DNA of 64,000 nucleotides from Pavona decussata (Eukaryota): NCBI GenBank assembly GCA_977016875.1, contig CDRNST010000196.1, positions 868,001 to 932,000 of the forward strand, read 5' to 3'. Shown piece by piece: positions 1 to 11,700 of this stretch (position 1 is its first letter; each line of letters starts with the position of its first letter). The notes under the pieces were generated by a model. It saw only the letters and a program-made list of their open reading frames with translations, ran no database searches and was not told where the DNA came from. The position numbers and the translations under genes were made by a program.

Positions 1-823
1 TGAATCCGCCTTCAGCAATTCTTTCCTTGTGTCGTGTTGTGCCAATTTCCCTTCTCGCTTGTACGTTTTCTCTGGAAGCCTCTTCATTCTCATTTTCTCT
101 CTGGTTGGGTGCCAAGCCAGTCTCCTTCGTTGCACGTACACTCGAGTTACCTTGTCTGTCTGTTTCTCCCTGGTTTGGTGTGAGTCCAGCTTTATTTTCG
201 GCTTGAACGAGTTGCCGCGAAGCATCTGTATCTTTACTGACGGTGGAATGAAGTAATGGACCTGTGGGTCGGGCGTCACCTTCCAAACGACAGCTTAATA
301 AAGAAGCAAGAAGAATAACAGCGAGGAGATACTGAAGCGACGGCTGTAACAAACATAAAGGATAAGTTAAATCAGAGTCAGATATATTATTTCTTAATCT
401 TGACACAAAACAATTAAAAAACTTCCCGGTGAAATGAAATCTTAACAAATTGATTCTAAAGCTTTTGAAACCTGACAAACTGAGTTAATTAATTTTCCTG
501 CTTACGTAGCAGGTTTAACCGATTGTTATAAAATTCAGTAACTTTGCACTTATTGATTATAAATTGAGGTTTGTGGTTTTCCCTGCCTTTTGGCCAAGTT
601 ACTTAGCCTTAGTTGGACCGCGGCCTTGTGCCTACAGTTTTTCTGAACAAGAGAAGCGGCTGACAAATCTACTGACCAGAAAATTAATGTAGCTTACGTT
701 ATTTAAACTAACTTGCTGAACTAAATACTGCTTCTTCTTCGACGATTAAATGTTTTATAAAAGAATTAAAACTCGAACAATATAAAAAATGAAAACGTTT
801 ACCAAATGAAAGACTTTGAACAT
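1..823 (-). CDS. Secreted protein with ~24-aa internal repeats, 5' part only; join(823..803,343..<1)
   Basis: Exon 1 has ATG at 823, encodes MFKVFHL and ends at a GT donor (802-801). An AG acceptor at 345-344 is followed by a phase-0 frame open to the window edge: PSLQYLLAVILLASLLSCRLEGDARPTGPLLHSTVSKDTDASRQLVQAENKAGLTPNQGETDRQGNSSVRATKETGLAPNQRENENEEASRENVQARREIGTTRHKERIAEGGF. Hydrophobic signal peptide; TATA box upstream. Confidence 0.75.
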
Positions 824-915
824 TTTTCTTCGATTCTGGAGCAGCTCGAGATGTAGGTGACGTTGAAACCTTTCTGATACTTGTAACTTAGCTAAGGTTG
901 TTCCTTCATCGTCCT

Positions 916-923
916 TATTTATA
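916..923 (-). promoter_or_regulatory. TATA box of the left-edge secreted gene
   Basis: TATAAATA on the minus strand ~95 bp upstream of the ATG at 823. Confidence 0.55.
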
Positions 924-1783
924 CGTTACAATATGATACTTCCAGCTAAAAATAATGCCATATTTCCCCTATTTCTGAGTCATCTTCGCTTGATCGACTG
1001 CGCAGTACGAATTGTATTATTATTATTATCATTTTTGTAATTCTTATCCAAATTTACAGCATTAAGTCATCAGTTCAAGGACCTTTCGACTTGTATCGTT
1101 TACGACATTGTTTGATGTGATTATAGACATCATACGGTTCACTAACCAATTTTTGCTCTTTCGTCAGAATCCTATATTTCAGAGAATTTGTCCGGCCTTC
1201 TTGCTGTCTATTTTATGGACTGACTATTTTGTCAGTCCTTACCATCCTTCTCTGAAACCACTTGTCAGCTCTTGACATGTCTCTCCATTTTCTGAAGTAT
1301 AGACATTTTCAATGTTTTTTTTTTTTTTTTGGCTTTAATTGGCAGAATTTAAATTATTATTCTGCTCACGTTAGCTATGCATGGCAGCGTCAATCGTTGT
1401 AACGTAGTGACACTACATCACAATGGAAGTAGAAGTTGAAAAAAGCTCTTTCGTTAGTTTTGTTTTCGTCCATGCATTCCTCACTTGTCCATTTACTTCG
1501 TCGTTTTTACATTTGCCTCCACCTTGATGTCATTTGTTACCATAACGTATCTCTGTGAAGCTATTAACGCCAAATAGACATCATGTAATCCGTCTATGAA
1601 ATTTCATAATCATTCGTCAATTGAAACATACCTATCATGCTCCCACAAAACTGAAACAAATCTGAAACTAACGACAATTTTCTGTAGCACCAACTATAGT
1701 GCAAGTTTTAGAAGAGATCTATTGCATCATATTTTATCGGTTTAGGAAAAATAGCGGTAGTCTTAGTCATCGAATTTGTTCAT

Positions 1784-2072
1784 TGACGCAAAGTCTCCTC
1801 AAAACGAGGAAAAGATTGCAGGCATGGAGAAACATATTTTCGACCCAAGTTTCAATTAAAAAAAAACTTTAATCCTGTTTTCCGGATTTTTACACTGACG
1901 TCAATAAACTCCAGTCTCTTCCAGAGAGGAAAAGTTAACTGCATGCAAAACCATTATCTCCCAAAAGGATATTTGCTCTACTTTCGTTGATCTCTGATAT
2001 TACGTACATTTTAACAGATGAGCCGGTGCCTAAGTTACAGCAGTCATATTCAAAGAGTTTTCATTGACGTCA
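1784..2072. promoter_or_regulatory. CRE cluster (CREB/ATF sites)
   Basis: Palindromic TGACGTCA at 1896-1903 and 2065-2072; TGACGCAA at 1784; further TGACG/CGTCA half-sites between ~860 and 3180. Confidence 0.45.
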
Positions 2073-5000
2073 AAGTCTGCACACTGAAGCAACAATTTTG
2101 CTGAGGAAGCAAACCCTTTCTGCTTAAAAAAGATAGATAAAATTGCTTCTCGGGAATAATTTGAGTTTCATTTCACGTCTTCCCAGACAGATCAATATGA
2201 CGTTGCATAAATAAACATATACCGTGTCGATCTACAAAGTCACTTCACGATTGATTAGTTATGCGTGAAATCGTTAGCAATAACAGAGTTTTTGTATAAC
2301 AAAAGTTTTAATGCTCCTAGCTCTTGTTAAAAAGTGTTAAGACTTACTTTACATAATACTAGTTCTATTCTTTTCCACTTCTAAAAGTCACTTCTAAAAT
2401 GCAAGGATCTTCAGTAAATGGGTGTACTGTACTCAGAAAATCCCGTTCACTGAGTTGCAGCTCCGAGTGAGGTACAAAGTGTTTTCTTAATGTTTAACTT
2501 ATAACAAGTCTTTTTTGCCTTCTAAATATTTCCATTTTGTAAAAATCGATGATGGAAGCGTTGCCTCAGCTTCAGTTAAGCCGACGACTGGGAGCAATGT
2601 CTGCTTTCTGATCAACATATCATTTCTCAATAAAATCAAATGAAATAAAAAAAAATTGTCACTCAGCGAGATTCTTTCTTTAATAAACAGCTGTGTTTGT
2701 TTGTGGCTAATTACATAGGCTTCCCATTCACGTAAAAAGCTCTGAAGAAAAGACAACTGCATTTTTTTGTTCGAAAGGTCGTGAATTTATAACGTACGAT
2801 CATTGTTTGTTGATGTCTGAATTAACGCTTTTCGATAGTATCGGCTTTAGTACACAAGGGGTTTTCCCCAAGATGTTAGAAGGAGTAGCATTATGTCATT
2901 TTCCCTGACATTGTTAGACTTTAACACATCGATAGCATTAATAAATATTAAGTAGTATTTAAAACCGGAAGATTTGGAGCCAAGACCGTCAAATATTATT
3001 TAAAACCGTCAAAACTTCAGCGAAAGTAGAAGAAAATTGCGATCTTTTCAGGAGACCTGTTTACCAGCGCATAGCTGTAGAATGGAGCTACGCAACACAG
3101 TGTTGCAAAGCGTCCAAATTTGAAAATATAACGGAACATGGGAACACGAATTTCAAACACGGAAGTATTGTGCCATGACGTTATGTTTCCAACCGGAAGT
3201 CAAGCGTGGAAGCAAAATAAACACATGCTTAGGTTAGCGTTTTAATTACAAAACTAAAATACAATCGTATGCGAATACAAATATAGCACGTAACCACCCA
3301 GGCGAAGCATTGTCAACATCGCAAGCTTGTTAGTTCAATTTAGAAAGACGCTAGTTTTTTCATGAATTTTGTGATGGCATGTTTGTCTAATGACCACTGA
3401 CTCTTTGTTATGAGTAGATTTCTTATTAGTTTGAATGACAATAAACTGTAATCCAAGCAGCGTAGCGGAATATATCCTCGTGAACCGAGTTTTTGGTTGA
3501 TTGTTTCTTTGTTCCAAATGTTTGCAGTACTAATGTTAACCTCAGATTTCACAACATTCGAGTAAAGGAGGTGACAGGCCTTCACAACTCCCATCCCGTG
3601 TCATAGCAGGTTTAAAGAAAGATGTCTGAAACTATGCCTATTTTCATTATCTGCACTACATTTCGTTCTCTTTACCTCTTTTATGGGCCGATAGCATAGC
3701 CTTCAGTGCCATTTCTTTGAGAAAGCAGGCGATGTATGTGGGCCATTCTTACTTTTACTTGCGAGAACAATACAGGAGGTTGTCCAGCTTTGTGGTGAAA
3801 ATCGTTTTCCTATCATTAGCTAAGCATTTCCAAACATGAAGAACGTTCTTGGCCAGTGATTTAAATTGGGTAGTATAACAATTTTAAATGTGTGCGGTCT
3901 CAGAGTTCCCAGAGATGAAAAGTTCGGCGAAATAAAAATCTCAAGTTTCCGTTCGAATCCGTTTTTGCGGACCCGCGATGGAAGGTTTTACACATTTCAA
4001 CCAATGGAAATGCTGTGGTAACGCGAGACATTATCACCATTTTTCCTTAACAAGTTTCCCGTCGTATCCGTCCTGTGGAAACGTAAAAGAAACATCAACT
4101 CGATCAGGTTTATGTCACTTTTTCCGAATCACAGAAGCGCCTTATTTCACCCTATGCAGCCACCTTTTATTCCCTTTGAGTAAAACTCCTTTGATTCCAG
4201 TATGTCTAGCCTAACGGCCATGCATTAAACCCATGCTTGTCTGAATAACGCCTCAAAAACGCCAGCTCATAGACCTCGGCTCGGATATATAAAGGAACTA
4301 TTCCCTCCTTTGATTAATGGAACCTGAGAATCTGGCTGTTGAAAGTTAGAGTAAATGTTCGGAAAGAAACAAAACGGAGTTATTTCTTTACGACGGGGTT
4401 GAAAAAGACGTAAAAATCAAGTGAATCTTGCTGATTTAGCTTTGATAAAAATAATGGACGCATAAACAAACTGACTGTACCAGCTTCATCGAGGTGAACA
4501 TTGTCCTTGTTGCAGTCGATTCCTGCGACAGGGTGGCTTGAAACTTCTTATGCGAGTATTCACCCAGTAAAAGATGAAAGGCGAAACTCCTTTTTCATTT
4601 TATAGTGTCCCAAACAAGTGAACTAAAAATACGCTCCGATGCGTTTTAGCGCTGTTTCAGAGATTATTTTGGCATTCGGTTCTTCAAATACTTGCTTTGC
4701 ATTAGCATAATTGTAAAAGCCTGTTCTGATTATAAGCTAACCACATTTCTCTCTCTCCCTGTCTCTAAAGCAGTCCCTTACTCTTTCGATACAACAGTTA
4801 TAGTAATACTAGATGAATGCTTGGTTTCAGTAAACAGAATACATAAGGTAATTTAGTCTCCGTAAAGAGATACGAGTGTACTCAAGTCTCTCAGTACGGT
4901 GGCCAAAATTACCTACTCAACTCTGTAATAAAAACAAATAATTCTTTCTATACTCCCCACCGATGCAGGACCACAAGTCCTTTGGAAAGTAACCCCCTTA

Positions 5001-6038
5001 TCCATATTAATTCTACACGCTAGTATGTGCTACTAGCCATGCATAGTTAGAATCAAATAAAATGAATGTACGGGGTTTATAAGATTAATTGCTTCATTAA
5101 AAGTAATCGTTTAGTAATACATGGTTTTAGTAAAGCAGCTTAGTAGTACATTACCAAAAACATTAAGCGTCCTTATTCAATGACGCAATGGTTAGAACAG
5201 TGGTATTAATGGTCACTTTTGTAAATCTTTTCTTTCTTTTTTTTTTTTTTTTCAGCAAAATTGCAGCTTCATAAGGGCTGCTAAATCAGTTTACTTCCTT
5301 TTTCCAAATACCAATGGAACGTGAAAACGGGACACCACATATTCAGTGATGTCAGTCTGTTACTTTGAAACTCTCCGCCAATACATTTTTACTAAATCAG
5401 ACGGCTAAAAAAAATGTATCAAATGTTTTGAAGTAGAACAGTAAATAGATATACAGTATATATAAATCATGAACGGGAGAGTTAAACAGAAACTTAGTTT
5501 ACTCAAATAAAATCAAAACAGAGAAGTTTACAGAGCATAAATGGGAAGCCAGCAGTATAATTTTCTGAAGTGCTAACAGCAGTGCGGATTGGAAAGCGCA
5601 AAAATGCAACTCTTGTTATTTTGAGTACTTTTCACGGCAATGTGCTTGTGACGTAACAAATCAATGAAACAATAAACATTAGCCGAATGTAAATGGGAGT
5701 GGTTCGAAAATGAAACTGAGCTTCGATCTCCCCTCTAAATACTTTTAATCACATGGGCGCATTTATTCTTTTGCTCGATGGGCAGTTTTAGCAATGATGC
5801 TATTGTTGGAATCTCGTGTCATCTTTCCTTTTTGTTCCTACTACTCCTGCTAATAAAAGTGGTTTACATGTATTCTATAGTTTAATAATGCTATATAACG
5901 CCGGGTATGTTACAATTATGTCTACGGTCTATCGATCCCCACTGCATGACGTTGTGCTGGTCGTCTAAAATTGCAAAATATTCCTACAAAATTTTCCTCT
6001 GTATCTGCCAATAGACGCCAATGGTTTTCCGTATGAAA

Positions 6039-6370
6039 AGGACGGTGCCTTCTAATACACAGGTATTTTTGCGCAGCTTATGACTATATGGGAAAAGCAG
6101 ATCTTAGTAAGGGCTATTGGAATCCAAAAAGAAAATTTGGGATAACTACGCATTTTTTAGAGATAATTAAGAAACGATTATTCTAAAAAGTACTAAAATA
6201 CAAAGCAATGAATGGCATTTTTTTATCAAATTGAAACTTTATTATCTCTGAAAAATGCATAGTTACACCAAATTTTCTTTTTAAATACCAAGAGCACTTG
6301 CGAAGTTCTGCTTTCTCCGCATAGTTTTAAACCACGCAAAAATATCCCTGTATTAGTAGCCACCACCCGT
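6039..6370. mobile_element. Palindromic non-autonomous DNA element (AGGACGGTGCC... terminus), copy 1
   Basis: Left and right halves are imperfect inverted repeats; a homologous copy lies at ~35003-35340. Confidence 0.6.
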
Positions 6371-6677
6371 AGGAAACCCGAGTATCTCGAGATTCGCAGA
6401 ACGTATACGCAGTTAAAAAAAAAGATAACCATCGTTTTCCCGTTAATTTAAATCAACGGAAAAAAAACTCGGCCTGTAACTTACAGTACGGACCGAGAAA
6501 ACGAGGTTAGTACGAGGTATATATTCGTTTTTACTCCCCGGCGTCCCGTCTCGTCTAATGTCATTCCAGTCTCAGAAAAAACTTGTTATTTAATAATCGC
6601 TATTAAACGGCACAATAACCACATAAACGAGAACCAGCTGTAAACTATACACTATCAGGTGAAGGACCTTAAACAAA

Positions 6678-6900
6678 GGGTACTTTCCATTTATCAGAAC
6701 TGGCCGGCCAGACCAGTCGTTTTGTAAATGGAGGGTACCAATTTGAGGGACTGACTCTTCGAATTCTTCAAAATGGCACATTCTGAGAGTAGTGTGCGCC
6801 ATTTTGAGGCCATTAAAAAAGGTGGCATTTAAACTGTCGGTGCATTCTGTTTGCGAAATAATTAAGCTGGCTGATCAGTTCTGAGAAATGTAAAGCACAC
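6678..6900. mobile_element. MITE, PIF/Harbinger-like
   Basis: TIRs GGGTACTTTCCATTTATCAGAACTGGCCGGCCAG / CTGGCTGATCAGTTCTGAGAAATGTAAAGCACAC. Confidence 0.55.
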
Positions 6901-7389
6901 GTAGAGTGGAACAGAGCGCAGATTCGATTCTTATCTGGAACTTGATGATTCATTGCGACTGGCTGATGCGACGTATGATGAATAATGCCTTAGCTACCTG
7001 AAAAAAGTTATCTTTTCAAGTGTTTTCGTACATTCCAAGGAAGCTTTATCCACATATACATGGGCCTCATTCTGAAAAAACATCATATACTCAGAATCGA
7101 ACGTCAACACGAAAAACCCTTCAAACGGGGAGTATTTAGTTGGAGCCACTAGTATAAGAAACATGTCTTAAATCTTGTATGTGTGTCAACCAAAGTTATC
7201 CGATATCAGGGCTTAGATAATCTTTAAAAAAAGTTTCATATCTCAAAATTTCCCCCATAATGCTTCACTCCGGAACTAGTTGCGGGAAATGCACCATGAA
7301 GCACATCAGTCTACGTCTATTCTAGTTGTACTCTAGTTGTGGTATTATTTTGTGATACCTGTGCAGCACAAGTTAAATTTTTGTACCCC

Positions 7390-8066
7390 AATCCAGTGGA
7401 TAGAACAGTGTTTTCCGCACTCCCTGATTGGCTACTCAAACCCCCGGTAGTATGTGCTGGTCAAATTACCTCCAAAGATCGTCCGTTTGTTGAAGAAAAT
7501 TTCCGTTTGATCCACGGTTGAACCGAAAATTTTGGCTAAAAGGAAAGCGCCCCTGGATTGCACGCGCAAGTTTCGTTGCTCATTTTTCAGAAATAAAGTG
7601 CACAATTCAGGTTGGCTACCTACTGGTTTGCTGTGCGAAGAGTGACGGATCCGACCTGATGGAATTATGTGGTGATCTAATAAGCATGCGCATATTTCGC
7701 GTTCTCTTATCCGTGAGAAATATGAAAATGTTAAGCCTTAAAATCCGCCCGTGACTTTATTTTCTGGCAAGAAGAATGCGAATAAGCACATAGGTCAAAC
7801 GTTTACTAGAAAGCTATTGGATCTTATTTTTCATGGTTTATTCCTTTTAACTAACAACGTCTCTTGAAACGAGGATGTACTAGGACAGTTATTCACCTTA
7901 GTGTCAGTGAATAGTAAATGCTATCCAAAGGATGAGTGGCCAATCATAACGAGGGCAAAAACGTTATCTACTGGTTTGGTATATACTAATGGTAGATATT
8001 TCCCTCGACCCTCTGTAAATTTTACACCACTGAATATTCACCTCCGCTCCAGTAAATAAATGTTAA
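7390..8066. mobile_element. Non-autonomous Crypton-like repeat remnant
   Basis: Motifs CCAGTGGATA / GATTGGCTACTCAAA / GGTTTGGTATATACTAA / TATTCACCTCCGCT are shared in inverted form with 58170-58420. Confidence 0.4.
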
Positions 8067-8394
8067 GATAAATTTTGTCTAGACAAGTGACATCGATGAG
8101 CTTTGTGGACTCGTTACAAAAATGTACCTGTTTAAAAAGCCTACAAAGGCACCTCACCCAAACAGATGTGTTGTAAACTTATCTAGCCCACGGATGCTTG
8201 TGGATATATTCACGGTTTAACTTCTCTTTTAACAAGTGGACTAGCCATTTTAAACTACTAATTCTAACCAAATGTATCTACTTTCCTGCCTAAGTAGGAG
8301 ACTACGGTTGACTTTGCAGTCTGGTTAGTTTCTGTGAAGGTTTTTTTTTTTTTTTTTTTTTTTTTGAGTCTTTCCTTCCCCTCTGTTCTTTTTT

Positions 8395-8714
8395 CTAGTG
8401 TGTCCGTCTCTCCGGGCACGAGGCTCTCTTCCTATACACACGAATATATGATTTCCCATTCTTGGACCACTCCAGTGCCGTCGAAAAGTTGTCCACGTAT
8501 AGAACGCGTTTTCTCCTGTCTTCTTTGCCAAGGATAATGTACACTCTGTTCGCCTTCAGATTGCTGCAACTGCAAGTGATTTCGTGGCCCCGTTTCTCCA
8601 GTAGTTGCCTGTTGTTAATCTTGACCTTTGATTGTTTGTATGTGCGGAGAACGCGAACACGCAAACGAGCCTGGCCATTCCTCATAATCTCATTTTCCAT
8701 CCGGGCTTTGATAA
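8395..8714 (-). CDS. WIF-NTR gene exon 6 (NTR domain body, stop)
   Basis: AG at 8716-8715; IKARMENE...TCSCSNLKANRVYIILG...LEW...SC, netrin/sFRP-type NTR motifs; TAG at 8397-8395. Confidence 0.9.
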
Positions 8715-11700
8715 CTATGAAGCAAATAAAAGACGCTTAGCTTAAACTAAACGGAAATATCTTATGGATCTTAATGATTGTGGTTATTCTCTTTGTTGCT
8801 GTTGTTGTTACTCCTGTTTGCAGTTATTAAGATGCATCATCTCACCGCAGGCACACCGTAATTAAAGTTTCATTGAGACATGTACTGTGTTATATGGAAA
8901 TGGGAGGTGGTTTTCTTCTTGACCGGATGCAAGTAGTCAAATTTTCACCATCCCCAAGCTAATGTTTGGGGCATCTGAAATAGCAATTTCTACATCAATG
9001 ATTAAACATGCCGATTCGATTTATCGTTTGATTTGGAATCTAAGATAAAATGGAATTCCGACTTGCGTTGAATATTGGAAATCATGATTGATATTGATTC
9101 TATATATGAACCAGGCGAGTAACACGCATAAATAAAGAAATATTTGGAAGACTATCAGAGTTCTTGGAGGTTTTGTTTCTAAATGATCGACCTTTGTCAA
9201 TTGGTGGGAAAGAGGGCTTGCCTTTGTACGATTTCGTGTGTGCCTACCTTTTGGTATAGAGTTCGATAACAAACTGGAGAAACTAACTGAACTAAATGGT
9301 ACCACAGGGTCATTTTCAGTGGTAACGTTGACTCTGGGTCTGGGTTTAAAATTCTGTCCATTTTCAAGATTGGTTCACATTCCTTAGCTTTGTCCACCCT
9401 CAGAGACTGAGAGGCATATAACTATATTTTTTTCTGTTTTGTCTTATATTTTTGTTTTGTTTGTGGTGAGCTCGATATCGCAAGTAATTCCGTCGTCCCA
9501 TCCCATTAGTCTAGGAGTTAGTTTTGTGGCTAAATTAATGTGTACTTACGAAAATTGTACAGATTGTTTCTTGTGCTGAATACAATGCCCATGTAAACTA
9601 CCTTGACTTGGTAACTTTTGTACTCACGTTTTTTTCGACCATGCCCCAACTGATTTCACCAGACACTAAAGGTGCGTTCGATTGACCCTATTCCGGAATA
9701 GGAATACATACGGCGACGACAAGAAATCCCTCATAAAAGGTTTTAGGACTGACTGGAGTACGAGACGGCTCTTAAATTCTCATGTGTCAGCGATAGTTTG
9801 TAGAATTGGCCTACCAAATTTCTTAAAAAGAAAAATTTTACAGCCATTCCGCTTATTCTTATTCCGGAATAAAGTCAATCGTACGCAACCTTAGTGTGAA
9901 CAGAGCCTAAGTTCTCTAGCACTCAGACTATTTAAAGATGAACAATAATACTTACCAAAATCACTTAAGCAGAAGCGCCTCATGACATGTCTCTTGTTGC
10001 ATTTCTTATTACAGACTTGTGGAGGTGGCAGGGGCGTAACCTCAGGACCTGATGAATTGAAACGTGGGTGGTAAATCCACGGCTCTTTGTCTGTATGAAA
10101 AAAAAAACACTATAATTGTTATCTTGATATCACACTGAGAGTCTAGGAGTGTAATTAAGGGATCCTCTGTTAGTACAATTTCACAATCAGTATTATTAGC
10201 ACCATTAACATCATCATCATCATCAACATCTTCATCATTGTTAACATCATTATCATTGCTATTATCATCATCATTATTATCATCATCATCATCATGAAAA
10301 CAACGTGAAACACTGCAAATTACATTGTAACTTCTAAAAATGTCTTTCACAATGAAAACTGAAGTGACATTTTCAAGTCATATTGAGTTGATCCTCTTAG
10401 TTGCTGCTAAAGATATCGGCTCTAACTTCGTGCCCATGTCCCTCCGATTCTTGACTTGATTACGATCGTAAACTGTTGTGCAGCGTTGGAGAGAAGGGCA
10501 CATTTGATTTTAATTAACAAAGAAACACGTCAAAGCTCTCTTGGGGCCACCTTAGGCAGTTTATCTCATGTTTCGCTAAGTTTCAAAACTTGCAACAAAA
10601 TTACTTTGAAATCGTAATGAAAAATCGATGGTGCTTTACACAGACAATTTGAAGTAGCACTCACGCGATTACTGCTAACAGTTGCGCTAGAAGAAGATAC
10701 TTCTGAAACGGTCGATTTCGTTAATATCGAGGATTAAGATGTGGCTAAAACGAGACTGCTCAAAACTACATTCTAGGATTGTCAACCTGACTCAAAAAGC
10801 ATGCTATTATTTTTCCAAATTGGCCAAACTAAGTTCTATTTTATTATGATGAGCTGGGGTGCAGCCTACAAAACAAAACTAATACAAATACAAGCTAAAC
10901 AAAATCAATGTATACAGAATATATTCTAAACTCAAAGGAGAGAAAATCCCAGTATTTATTAATATGCGTGTGTGTAATCTATATCATTATGGAGGACGAT
11001 ACTTTTCTTCTAGTCGCATTTACTCTAACCGTGGCGCGGCAGTGACCAGCTCAAAAGCTAATGGCTTAGTCTTGTCACTGCGCACAAATTTTCTAATTGT
11101 TTTCTTGCTGCCGTTTTCTTATTGTATTTATCTTCTCCTTAAACCTTATCCTTTTAAAATATGTATGTACCTTGTAAACAATGCAAAAACAAAAGTAAAA
11201 TGAAAACCTAATCTAATCTATAAGATAAATTAACGTATATTGTCCCGAGCCTCATACCCAGTCTGATCTACTTACCAGCGACGCAGTGTCGCTTCAGAGT
11301 GAGGCTGAGTGGTCCCCATATGTTGCTTCCGGTCATTTCAATGAAGCTGATATTAATGGTCAACAGGGTCTCTCCACTTACTTTACCAGTGCATGGAAAT
11401 CTGACGCGAAAGCCTGACAACGAATGTAATACGGAATTCAGATTAATATATACTTAAGCTTATACAATGTCGACTGCACCGGGGCGATTTTACCTCTCCT
11501 AGCTTTTAGTTTTTAGCTTGTGAAAGCAGACACTTTTTCTCTAGTCCAGCTTTTGTCCCAACTGCCAAAGGCATACGCTCCCTCAGGCTAGATGTTGCCA
11601 AGCAAAGATTTGAGTTTTAGACTGAGCAAACGGAAATAGCACTCGTCGTGTAACAAAACAAGATTCAAAGTATGCTACTATCTCTTATCGTTCACAATAC

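Noticed and set aside
8395-8700. Stand-alone 101-aa NTR/TIMP-like ORF
   Set aside because: It is the last exon of the WIF-NTR gene (acceptor at 8716-8715); it lacks a signal peptide and Cys1-3 on its own.
9197-9397. ORF MDKAKECEPILKMDR... as an extra exon of the WIF-NTR gene
   Set aside because: Exons 5 and 6 already join into an uninterrupted NTR domain; there is no strong acceptor, and insertion would break the fold.
10042-10350. Asp/Asn-rich ORF resembling an acidic skeletal matrix protein
   Set aside because: Translation of an intronic (CAT)n microsatellite; no ATG start or signal peptide.
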